The notes under the pieces are model-generated. The model was given only the letters and a program-made list of their open reading frames with translations. It did not search any database and was not told the origin of the DNA. A program made the position numbers and the translations under genes. From Candidatus Micrarchaeota archaeon (GTDB lineage: Archaea; Micrarchaeota; Micrarchaeia; Anstonellales; Anstonellaceae): 64,000 nt of DNA. The stretch lies in assembly GCA_964392435.1 (NCBI GenBank), contig CAYMOY010000001.1:7484-71483 (forward strand), read 5' to 3'. This document shows positions 1-8,283 of the stretch, in pieces (the first letter of the stretch is position 1; every line of letters begins with the position of its first letter).

Positions 1-1338
1 GCTTGCCCTCATTCTTGCCATGGTGGTAGCGCACGCATAGGGGCAGCACGGCATCAGGCGAGCCCTTGGTTATCACCAGATGCTCATGGCCCTCCTTCAC
101 CACCACGCTCATTCGCCTGCGCACGAAATCGAAAGGTATCTCATCTATCTTGCTGGTGCCAGCCAGCCTCTTCTTTCCCAATGCCTCGTCGTGCGCAAGC
201 ACTGCGCCGTCCATAGGGTTTTTCAGCCCGGTCTGGTAATAGGAGTTCAGGTAAGCAAGCTTCAGCACGCGCACGTCCTCCTGGAAATCTATGTTGACAT
301 GGCGCACCAGCTCTATCTTGTCCTCGGTCAGCGTCCCTGTCTTGTCCGTGCAAAGCACGTCCATGGCACCCAGGTTCTGGATGGAGGGCAGCCGCTTGAC
401 TATCGCCTCCTTCTTCGCCATGTTCTTCGCCCCCTGCGAAAGATTGGCAGTCACGATGACTGGCAGCATCTCCGGGGCCAGCCCGACAGCCACCGCAAGG
501 GAGAAGAGCACCGAGGCGATGATGTCGTTTTTGGTGAAGAAGTTGATGAGGAAAATGCCGACCACTAGGACGAGTATGAATTTCACCATGAGGTTGCTGT
601 AGTCGCTGATTCCCCTGTCAAACGCAGTCTCAGGCGCCGTCTGCTGCAACCGCCTGGCAAGCTCACCAAACTGCGTGTCCATGCCGGTCCGTATCACAAG
701 CACCTCCGCCGAGCCTGAAATCACGCTGGAGCCGAAGAAGACCGCGTTTGCCATTTCCTGCACCGGGGCATTTTGCCGCGACGGGCTGGCGCTTTTTTCA
801 ACAGGCAGCGACTCTCCAGTCAGGGCAGCCTGGTTGACGAAGAAGTCCTTGCACGAAGCCACCCTGCAGTCCGCAGGCACCAGGTCCCCTGCGGAGAGCC
901 TGACGATGTCCCCTGGGACCAGGAACTTTAGGGGGATTTCGCGCACGTTGCCGTCCCTGACTACGGTTGCGGTGTTGCGTATCATCTTGCGCAGCTTCTC
1001 TGCAGCGTCGCGCGCGGTGTATTCCTGGTAGAAGCTGAGCGACACGGACACGAACACCATCGCCGCGATGATTTCTGCAGAGAGGCTGTTCCCGAGGAAA
1101 TAGGAAACGGTTGCGACGGTGAGGAGAAGGAGCATGAGCGGGCTGGCGAAATAAGAGAGGAAAAGCAAGAGCGCGCCCCGCTTTTTTTTCGGAGCCAGCT
1201 CGTTCTTGCCGAAAATCCCCTGCCGCTTCTCAGCCTCGTGCTCAGATATTCCGGTTTGCGATGCCACAAGAAGCTCGTATGCTTGCTCCAGGGGCACTGA
1301 CCACAGGTGCGCCTTTTTCAGGCTCTCGCGCGAGAACA
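1..1338 (-). CDS. P-type cation-transporting ATPase, MgtA-like (N-terminal ~445 aa; C-terminus runs off window start)
   Basis: Manual minus-strand translation from ATG at 1338: MFSRESLKKAHLWSVPLEQAYELL...; contains DKTGTLTEDK phosphorylation motif and LNSYYQTGLKNPMD (MgtA-like). Not in ORF track because no in-window stop. Confidence 0.75.
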
Positions 1339-1467
1339 TCGCTTCAATTGCTTGGTATAGGTATTTATTAGGGTGCCAAAAAGTTGCTTTCGCACATTGG
1401 CACTCAGGTTTCCCCCAGCGAAAGAGCCGTCGCTCTTTTATTCTGCTCGCATTCAAAACTTTCAGAT

Positions 1468-1612
1468 GGGCCCGTAGTCGAACAACCCTTTTGCTCGCTC
1501 CAGATGGGGACGCTCGCAAAAGCGTTGACGGAAAATTGCAAAGGGGTTCGACAATGGTTAAGACGTCGCTCTTACACAGCGAAGATTCGGAGTTCGATTC
1601 TCCGCGGGCCCA
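1468..1612 (+). tRNA. tRNA-Val (anticodon TAC) with ~72-nt non-canonical intron in the D-loop
   Basis: Acceptor GGGCCCG/CGGGCCC, D-stem GTCG/AGAC, anticodon stem TCGCT/AGCGA with loop CTTACAC, T-arm CGGAG-TTCGATT-CTCCG, discriminator A; 5' exon 1468-1482 separated from rest (1555-1612) by intron. Confidence 0.6.
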
Positions 1613-1648
1613 CTGATATTCGGAGTTCGACCGCAAACTGCGCGGCAG

Positions 1649-3406
1649 CTAGCACACCTGGCTGGCTGGAGGGCAAACCGGATTCTGCCCAGGGCAATCG
1701 GTGCATGGGTGCTCCGTCTTCCAGGTGCTTATGGGCCCAAGGCAGCAGCAGCCGTAGGAAAAGGAATTGAACGAAAGCGAAAGGTAGGTGCTGTTCGTGC
1801 TTGAATACCTGCAGGTGGTGAAACACTGTCTGGCTTGAATTGCGGCAAGCGCAGCATTGACATCTGCAGCTATTTTCTGTTCGCACGCGGCGCGCGCGTT
1901 TTCTCCCTGCGCATAGGCGGTCAGCCCTATTCCCTGGCATTCGATTGCGCAGTTCACCGGGACAGGGTCGCAAACATCTCCAATCCCATCCCCGTCATGG
2001 TCGGACTGGCTTGGGTTGTAGCTGCTCGGGCAATTATCTGCAAAGTCGCATTTCCCGTCGGCATCAGTATCCTGGCAGGCGCATAGGCATGACTGGGAGC
2101 AGGAATAGTTTTGCGGGCAGGAGCCAGCATTCCCGTCGCACTCCTCGCCGCCTTCCTTCACTCCGTTTCCGCAGGCTGCGGGCGCTACTGTGTTCTGGCA
2201 GGAACACTGCTGGTTGCAAGTCTGGCTGCCCGAACAAGCGTTTCTATCAGCACCGTCGCACTGCTCGCTTCCCTCGCGGACATTGTTGCCGCACACTGCT
2301 TGCGCGGCTGTTGCCCAGCAGTAGCAGTTGGAGCAGGTCTGTGTCGCATTGCAGTAGCCCCGGTCCGCCCCGTCGCACTGCTCGCTTCCTTCGCGAACAT
2401 TGTTGCCGCACGTGGCGGTGGTGACAGAATCGATTATCAGCACCAGCCCCTTGGTGCTCTGGTTCACAGGGCATCTGCAGTTTGGCTGGCACACTGCGCC
2501 GCCGCAAAGCTCGGCTGATGCCCCGTCGCACTGCTCGGTTATTTCCCTTATCCCGTTGCCGCACACCCCCTTCGTGCCCACCACGCATTCGCACTCTGAT
2601 GAGCATACCTCGTTTGAATCGCAGTACCAGTCCTGATTGCCGTCGCACTCCTCCATCGCCTCCTTGAAATTGTTGCCGCAGGTGTGCGAGGTCACATCCT
2701 TTGGTATGCACGTGCAGGTCCTCAGGTCGCACTTGTAGTCCATGCCGAACAGGTCCGAGCAGTCGTCGCCGCAAGAGGGCAGGGTGGTCCAGATGAAATT
2801 GTTGAGCCCTGTGGATGAGGCGTACTGGTGGTTCGCCTTGCAGCTTATGGGCATTGCCGCGGTGTAGCATTTGCAGCCGCTGCAGTATTCCCCACCGCGG
2901 CATCCGTTGGCTGATGGCTTGTCCTTGCTGCCGACATCGCAAACCTCCCCAGAATCAAGGGTGCCGTCCCCGCAATAAGGCTGGGCGGCCTTGGGCGCAG
3001 GCGGAGCCGTGGTGTTGTTCTGCATCCCTTGCCCTGCGGCATCGGCAGGCTTTGCCTTGCACAGGCAACTGGAAATATTGCATTGCCGATTGGCATCCTG
3101 GCATGCGATGCCCCCCTCGCACTGCTCGCCCCCCTCCAGCTTGCCATTGCCGCAAGATGGAGCTGGCGGTTGCTCTGTTTTGTTTTCTGCGGATGGCGCG
3201 GCAGCCGGGGCAGGTGGCTGGGCATCCTTCTTCACGCACTTGCAAGACCTGCATATTTCATCGATGCCAGCGCAGCCAGCGTCGCTTTCGCACACTTCGC
3301 TCGCATCCAGCCTGCCATCGCCGCAAACAGGGGCAGGCTGCGTGCATCCGAAATACAACAAGGCTGATGATAGCAGAACAAGCAGCAACAAACGGGAAAA
3401 CTCCAC
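1649..3406 (-). CDS. Secreted cysteine-rich repeat protein (Myxococcus-type Cys-rich repeats CGNGxxExxEQCDG plus thrombospondin type-3-like DxDxDGxxDxxDNCP repeat)
   Basis: ORF 1649..3493; probable GTG start at 3406 gives a signal peptide (M)EFSRLLLLVLLSSALLYFGC. Repeated VCGNGIREITEQCDG / TCGNNVREGSEQCDGADR units; DTDADGKCDFADNCPSSYNPSQSDHDGDGIGDVCD. Confidence 0.7.
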   Translation of the reverse strand: MEFSRLLLLVLLSSALLYFGCTQPAPVCGDGRLDASEVCESDAGCAGIDEICRSCKCVKKDAQPPAPAAAPSAENKTEQPPAPSCGNGKLEGGEQCEGGIACQDANRQCNISSCLCKAKPADAAGQGMQNNTTAPPAPKAAQPYCGDGTLDSGEVCDVGSKDKPSANGCRGGEYCSGCKCYTAAMPISCKANHQYASSTGLNNFIWTTLPSCGDDCSDLFGMDYKCDLRTCTCIPKDVTSHTCGNNFKEAMEECDGNQDWYCDSNEVCSSECECVVGTKGVCGNGIREITEQCDGASAELCGGAVCQPNCRCPVNQSTKGLVLIIDSVTTATCGNNVREGSEQCDGADRGYCNATQTCSNCYCWATAAQAVCGNNVREGSEQCDGADRNACSGSQTCNQQCSCQNTVAPAACGNGVKEGGEECDGNAGSCPQNYSCSQSCLCACQDTDADGKCDFADNCPSSYNPSQSDHDGDGIGDVCDPVPVNCAIECQGIGLTAYAQGENARAACEQKIAADVNAALAAIQARQCFTTCRYSSTNSTYLSLSFNSFSYGCCCLGPISTWKTEHPCTDCPGQNPVCPPASQVC

Positions 3407-3504
3407 ATTCCCACCCCCTGAGGTTATCCTCGTTTCGGTTTTTATTTCTTTTGGGCATCCCGAAGCATCATGCTCAAAGCACGCTCCTTCCAAGCCAGGA
3501 AAAA

Positions 3505-4137
3505 TTAGCCCGAATTATTCTGGCTTGGGGAAAGGCGGGGCTCGGCCGGAAGCTCAAAGTCTGCCTCGCCCACAAAATAGGCGATGTCCGTCAAATACTC
3601 CACCTTGATGCCCTTCCCAGTCGCGTTCTGCTCGTCGTAGGCAACCACCCCTCTGTCAGTCAGGCAAACCTTCCTGGTTTCGAATTGCAAGGTGGGCATA
3701 ATGTAGCATCTGCCCTTCGTGTTTCCTATAGCCACCTCTTCCGCCTCCTTCGCGCCTGACAGGTCCGGGGGCGCGAAGAATATTTCCGCGTCTTTTTTGC
3801 TCAGTCCGGCGCTGATGTCAAAGCAGAGGGCATCCGGTCCAGCCCCCCTGCACGAATAAGCCCGGTTTCCCAAAAAGTAAAACCCCAGCCCCCCTTCTTG
3901 GCCTGAGGAGAACTGCAGCCGCATCTTTTGCCCGCTGCGCCACACCTCCTTGACAGTCTCAACTCCGTTGTCATTGATTATGTAGCGCGCCGAATAATCC
4001 AGGCTGCTTTGCGGCACCATGAAGCTTCCAGTATGCATCCCGGCTGAGGGGGGCAGACCGCCTTGAGGTTTCCCTTCCTGCGCGCAGCCGGCAAGAAGAA
4101 CCATTGCCGCAAGCAAGAGGGGCAAGCAGAGTCTCAT
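3505..4137 (-). CDS. Hypothetical secreted/lipoprotein (lipobox LAGC)
   Basis: Internal Met MRLCLPLLLAAMVLLAGCAQEG is a signal peptide; upstream part of the ORF (to 4368) unlikely to be coding. Confidence 0.5.
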   Translation of the reverse strand: MRLCLPLLLAAMVLLAGCAQEGKPQGGLPPSAGMHTGSFMVPQSSLDYSARYIINDNGVETVKEVWRSGQKMRLQFSSGQEGGLGFYFLGNRAYSCRGAGPDALCFDISAGLSKKDAEIFFAPPDLSGAKEAEEVAIGNTKGRCYIMPTLQFETRKVCLTDRGVVAYDEQNATGKGIKVEYLTDIAYFVGEADFELPAEPRLSPSQNNSG

Positions 4138-4188
4138 GGCTCGATTTCTTGTAGAACTTTTATTAGCCTTGTCCGGCAAATCCCAGCC

Positions 4189-4482
4189 ATGTACCTCAAG
4201 CTCCACAACACGCCTGCCGGCCAGGTGGTGGCTGTCTGCGACGCCGCCATCATGGGCAAAGTTCTCTGCGAGGGCAACCGCAGGCTGGATTTGGAAGCCC
4301 ACTCTGGATTTTACCGGGGAAAAAAGGTCGGCTTGCCCGAGGCGGCAGAGGCGCTTTCTGGCGCGCAAAACGCCAACCTGGTCGGGGAGAAGTCAATAAA
4401 AGCGGCATCTTTGGCAGGGCTTGACGTTTCTGGCGCAATCACAATCTCCGGTGTTCCGCACCTGCAGGTTTACAGGTTTTAA
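4189..4482 (+). CDS. Hypothetical small conserved protein
   Basis: ORF 4063..4482; plausible start MYLKLHNTPAGQVVAVCDAAIMGK at 4189. Confidence 0.35.
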   Translation: MYLKLHNTPAGQVVAVCDAAIMGKVLCEGNRRLDLEAHSGFYRGKKVGLPEAAEALSGAQNANLVGEKSIKAASLAGLDVSGAITISGVPHLQVYRF

Positions 4483-4530
4483 CCCATTTGGCAGGGGCAT
4501 CTCAATATAATTGTTCTTGCTGATTTAGGG

Positions 4531-4941
4531 TTGGTCTGCATGAAACAGATAGCCATAGTTTCCGATGACAAGGTGGGCCTGCTTGCCGATATCTCATACA
4601 TTCTTGGCAAGGCAAGGATAAACATCGAGTCAATCTCAGTCCAGACGCACGGGGGCAAGGGCGTCATCAACCTTACGGTCAAAGACGACCAAAAAGCGAT
4701 AAAGATGCTCTCCTCAAACGGCTTCGAGGTTCTCTCCTCCGAGATTATGCTAATCAGGCTCAAGGACGAGCCTGGAGAGATGTCTAAAATGACCAAGATG
4801 CTCAAGGACAACCACGTCAACATCGAATCTCTTTATATCGTGGCCCGGGGGGAAGATGGGTTTGCCATACACGCGCTCAAGGTGGACAAGCCCAAAAAGG
4901 CGAAGAAGCTGCTTTCCCACTCAATAATGACTTCAGACTAG
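4531..4941 (+). CDS. ACT-domain protein (tandem ACT-like)
   Basis: IAIVSDDKVGLLADISYILGKARINIESISV... ; C-terminus KVDKPKKAKKLL shared with next gene. Confidence 0.6.
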   Translation: MVCMKQIAIVSDDKVGLLADISYILGKARINIESISVQTHGGKGVINLTVKDDQKAIKMLSSNGFEVLSSEIMLIRLKDEPGEMSKMTKMLKDNHVNIESLYIVARGEDGFAIHALKVDKPKKAKKLLSHSIMTSD

Positions 4942-5049
4942 CCAGTCAGGTCTTGTTTTAGGGTGCCCGCAGTAGGCTGTCCTGCTTGCGGCAGAACGCT
5001 TTTATACTCCGGCAGCGATTGTTTGCCGGGAGGTGGGTCTGTGAAGCAG

Positions 5050-5436
5050 ATGACTCTAGTCGCCCATGACAGGGTGGGGGTACTTGCCGAAATCTCCCGC
5101 ATCCTGGGCAAGGCTAAAATAAACATAGATTCCGTTTCCGCTGTCTCAATCGGCGACAGGGCTATCCTCACCTTCCTTCTTAAGAATGAAAAAAAAGCGG
5201 CAGGCCTGCTTCGCCGCAGCGGCTACCATGTGCTGGAATCCGAAATATTCGTGGTGCGCCTGAGAGACGAGCCAGGCGCGCTCTCAGCACTCTCTTGCAG
5301 GATGGTGGATGAGAAAATAAACATCATCAACCTTTACATAGTCGCAAAAGAGCCAGGGGTTTCAGTTGTCGCACTTAAGGTGGACAAGCCAAAAAAAGCA
5401 AAGAAGCTGCTTGCCCCATACATGAATTTCGACTAG
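5050..5436 (+). CDS. ACT-domain protein, paralog of the upstream gene
   Basis: MTLVAHDRVGVLAEISRILGKAKINIDSVSA...; same KVDKPKKAKKLL C-terminus; ORF track start 4963 probably too far upstream. Confidence 0.6.
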   Translation: MTLVAHDRVGVLAEISRILGKAKINIDSVSAVSIGDRAILTFLLKNEKKAAGLLRRSGYHVLESEIFVVRLRDEPGALSALSCRMVDEKINIINLYIVAKEPGVSVVALKVDKPKKAKKLLAPYMNFD

Positions 5437-5474
5437 GCAACTGACGAGTTGGGTGGCGATGGGAAAGCTTCTGC

Positions 5475-6371
5475 TCACCCAACTTCAATTTCCAGCACCG
5501 CCCCCTTCAGAATCGCGCCCCTGCCGGAAAGCCAGCCGTTTATCTCCGCCTCGCTTCTCCCCTCTTTTTTCATGCGCCGCACCTGGGTCAAAAGCGCCTC
5601 TGCCCTTTCAAAGTCCGAATATATGGCATCGCCTGAAAGCTTTGCCGCCTTCTTTTCAGCAATCAGCCCCTCGACAGATTTTTGCTGCAGCTCCAGCCTC
5701 TGCTGCAGACTGGCGATTTTATGCGCAGCCTCCTTTTGCGCCTCGCTTTCTTCCTTCTGGTTCGCATAGTAAAAGTCCGCAGCTTCTGAAAATGTTTTGA
5801 ACGGCACATCGGTTTGTGCGGCTTGCAATGAATAGGAAACCGGCACCCCCTTCTCGTCCAATTTCACCCCGAACACTGGCTTTTGTGGAAGCTTAAGCTC
5901 AAATGAGGTCTCACGCGGGTAACAGTATTTCTCGCCTCTTGCTATCTTCCGCCCGCCGGCTTCCTCCCTGTTCAGGCACGATATGATGACCCCGTCTTCT
6001 CCCACAAAAATCAGATTGCCTTTCCTGAAAAGCTCGAAAACAAGCCTTTCATTGCTTTTTGTCCCTATCTCCACTATCCTGTCGGTTTTGTACTGGCTTA
6101 TCCTCTGCGCTGTTTTCCCCTCGAGATTCTTCCTCAAAAAGGCGACAAATCCGTCTGGCGCGCCCATCGCCTGGTGCGCCTGCATTGTGAGGTGGAACCT
6201 GACAGTCGGCTCAAACAGCAGCTCCGCCCCCCCTATCTTGAACAGGAAAACGCCCCGGTCGGTTTTCCTTATTTTAGCTATCCTCTTCCCCTCCAAAAGC
6301 TTCAGCTCAGAAACTGCAAAATGAAGGTCGGCACCGGACATTTTCTGCATGCCTTGCTTGAAGCGCGGCAT
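5475..6371 (-). CDS. NFACT-N / FbpA-like domain protein (Rqc2/NEMF-family N-terminal domain homolog)
   Basis: ...LHFAVSELKLLEGKRIAKIRKTDRGVFLFKIGG...FEPTVRFHLT... typical NFACT-N; ORF to 6491, likely start MPRFKQG at 6371. Confidence 0.55.
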   Translation of the reverse strand: MPRFKQGMQKMSGADLHFAVSELKLLEGKRIAKIRKTDRGVFLFKIGGAELLFEPTVRFHLTMQAHQAMGAPDGFVAFLRKNLEGKTAQRISQYKTDRIVEIGTKSNERLVFELFRKGNLIFVGEDGVIISCLNREEAGGRKIARGEKYCYPRETSFELKLPQKPVFGVKLDEKGVPVSYSLQAAQTDVPFKTFSEAADFYYANQKEESEAQKEAAHKIASLQQRLELQQKSVEGLIAEKKAAKLSGDAIYSDFERAEALLTQVRRMKKEGRSEAEINGWLSGRGAILKGAVLEIEVG

Positions 6372-6412
6372 AGTTAATATAATATATTGTGCAATGAAGA
6401 GCCGGGGATTCC

Positions 6413-7702
6413 ATGTCCAAGGTAAAGGATATTTCGCTTGCAAAAAAAGGGGAGCTGGAGCTTGAGTGGGCACGGCGCAACATGCCAGCACTTGGCGAAA
6501 TAAAGGCGCGCTTCGAGCGGGAAAAGCCGTTTTCCGGCCTCACCGTCGCAACAGCGCTGCACCTTGAGAAAAAAACCGGCATACTGCTTGAAGCTCTCGC
6601 GGCGGGCGGAGCCCGCGTTTTCGCCTCCTCTTGCAACCCCATGACAACTGATGACTCGGTTGCAGCGGCGATCGCCAAAGGGGGCAAGATAGAGGTTTTT
6701 GCCTGGGCGGGCCAGACAAATGAAGAGTATTACTTCTGCTTAAACTCCGTTCTTGACGCAAAGCCAGACATAATTATAGACGACGGCTGCGACCTTATCA
6801 ACTTGCTGCATACCTCCCGCAAATCAGAGCTTCCCAAGGTGAAAGGTGCGTGCGAGGAGACCACAACGGGCATAGTGCGCCTGCAGGCGATGCAGAAAGC
6901 AGGCAAGCTTCTCATTCCGGTTTTCGCGGTGAACAACGCCTACTCCAAGTTCCTGCTGGACAACCAGTTCGGCACCGCGCAATCCACTGTCGCGGCAATC
7001 GCGCAGGCGACCAATCGGCTGCTCGCAGGCAAGACTGTGGTGGTGGCAGGTTACGGCTGGTGTGGCAGAGGCATAGCCTCCCGTATGAAGGCGATGGGTG
7101 CGAATGTGATAGTGGTGGAGATAGACGGCACGCTCGGGCCGCACGAGTCGGGCCTGCAACGGGGGCTGTCCGCGCTTTACGACGGCTTTAGGGTGATGGA
7201 TATGCCCCAGGCGGCGGCGCAAGGCGACATATTCATCACAGCCACCGGCAACAAGCATGTCATCTCCTCGCAGCATTTCCCCCTGATGAAGGATGGGGCA
7301 ATGCTTTGCAATGCCGGGCACTTCAACGTGGAGATAAACGAGCCTTCCCTAAGGAAAATGAGCAGGGCGGTGGAGGAGCTGAAAGACAACATCTCCGGCT
7401 ATAGCCTAAAAAACGGCAAGACGCTCTATCTCCTGTCAGAAGGGAGGCTTGTGAACCTGGCGCGCCCCTCTGGGCAAGGGCACCCCATAGAGATAATGGA
7501 CGGCAGCTTTGCCATACAGGCGCTCTGCTGCGAAATGCTGGCAAAATCGAAAAAAGGCGGCATGAAGCCAGGCGTGCACAGCGTCCCCAAGGAAACGGAC
7601 GATGCCGTGGCGAGGCTCATCTTGCGCTCCCAGAACGTGCGGCTTGAAAAGCCGACATCGGAGCAGCTTGAGTACTCGGAGAGCTTTGACGAAGGGACGT
7701 AA
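6413..7702 (+). CDS. ahcY: S-adenosyl-L-homocysteine hydrolase
   Basis: 429 aa; NAD-binding VVVAGYGWCGRG, CEETTTGIVRL, DDGCDLINLLH; full-length archaeal-type SAHH. Confidence 0.9.
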   Translation: MSKVKDISLAKKGELELEWARRNMPALGEIKARFEREKPFSGLTVATALHLEKKTGILLEALAAGGARVFASSCNPMTTDDSVAAAIAKGGKIEVFAWAGQTNEEYYFCLNSVLDAKPDIIIDDGCDLINLLHTSRKSELPKVKGACEETTTGIVRLQAMQKAGKLLIPVFAVNNAYSKFLLDNQFGTAQSTVAAIAQATNRLLAGKTVVVAGYGWCGRGIASRMKAMGANVIVVEIDGTLGPHESGLQRGLSALYDGFRVMDMPQAAAQGDIFITATGNKHVISSQHFPLMKDGAMLCNAGHFNVEINEPSLRKMSRAVEELKDNISGYSLKNGKTLYLLSEGRLVNLARPSGQGHPIEIMDGSFAIQALCCEMLAKSKKGGMKPGVHSVPKETDDAVARLILRSQNVRLEKPTSEQLEYSESFDEGT

Positions 7703-7866
7703 AGGGCACACTTCTGGCTGCCATTGGCTTGGAACACTGGATAATGGTCAAGCCCAATCATCTCCGGACGCGTTCGAAGAAAGGCTGCCCGCAAGCTATT
7801 TATGCCTTTTCCACTTTAACCCTCCTTCGCTCTTAATTTAGATTAATGTGTGGGGGGACAGATATC

Positions 7867-8154
7867 ATGAAAATAAGCGAATTGAAATCCGGAACGGGCA
7901 ACGTGGATATCGAAGGCGAGCTTGTGAGCAAGGAAGAGGGCCGCGATGTCATCACCAAGTTCGGGAAGAAGACCCGCGTGGCAAACGCGACCATGAAAGA
8001 CGACTCTGGGGAAATCACCCTCTCGCTTTGGGGCGACGATGCCGACGCATTTTCGCAGGGAGACAAGATAAAGATTGAGAAGGGCTGGGTTTCCGAGTAC
8101 AAGGGCAACCTGCAGCTTTCAGCCGGCAAGTTCGGGAAAATCTCCAAGCTTTAA
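7867..8154 (+). CDS. OB-fold ssDNA-binding protein (SSB/RPA-like)
   Basis: MKISELKSGTGNVDIEGELVSKEEGRDVITKFGKKTRVANATMKDDSGEITLSLWGDDA... single OB fold; start at second Met of ORF 7846..8154. Confidence 0.55.
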   Translation: MKISELKSGTGNVDIEGELVSKEEGRDVITKFGKKTRVANATMKDDSGEITLSLWGDDADAFSQGDKIKIEKGWVSEYKGNLQLSAGKFGKISKL

Positions 8155-8176
8155 GAAAGTGGCAAAATGTGGATAA

Positions 8177-8225
8177 GTTAATACGATATTGACATATATT
8201 TAAAAATGTTAATACTGTATTGACA
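8177..8225 (+). promoter_or_regulatory. Two tandem 18-bp direct repeats (GTTAATACGATATTGACA / GTTAATACTGTATTGACA) upstream of thermosome gene; TATA-like AAATTTATAG at ~8256
   Basis: Repeats at 8177-8194 and 8208-8225, each preceded by AAAATGT; 60-100 bp upstream of ths start. Confidence 0.4.
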
Positions 8226-8283
8226 GAAGCCTTGGTTCAGGTCTGCTCTAAGTGTCCAAGTAAAATTTATAGAGGTGGTTTAG

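Noticed and set aside
1613-1690. Partial tRNA 3'-end copies interpreted simply as attL/attR of an integrated element
   Set aside because: Copies lie only 5-70 bp from the intact tRNA with no integrase or cargo between them, and the same architecture with related inserts recurs at four tRNAs. A simple integration scar is an insufficient explanation, although a decayed element cannot be excluded.
1835-3759. Many plus-strand ORFs (e.g. 2815..3759, 2111..2518)
   Set aside because: Antisense to the Cys-rich repeat gene; GC-rich repeat DNA yields long spurious frames; Arg/Pro-rich low-complexity translations.
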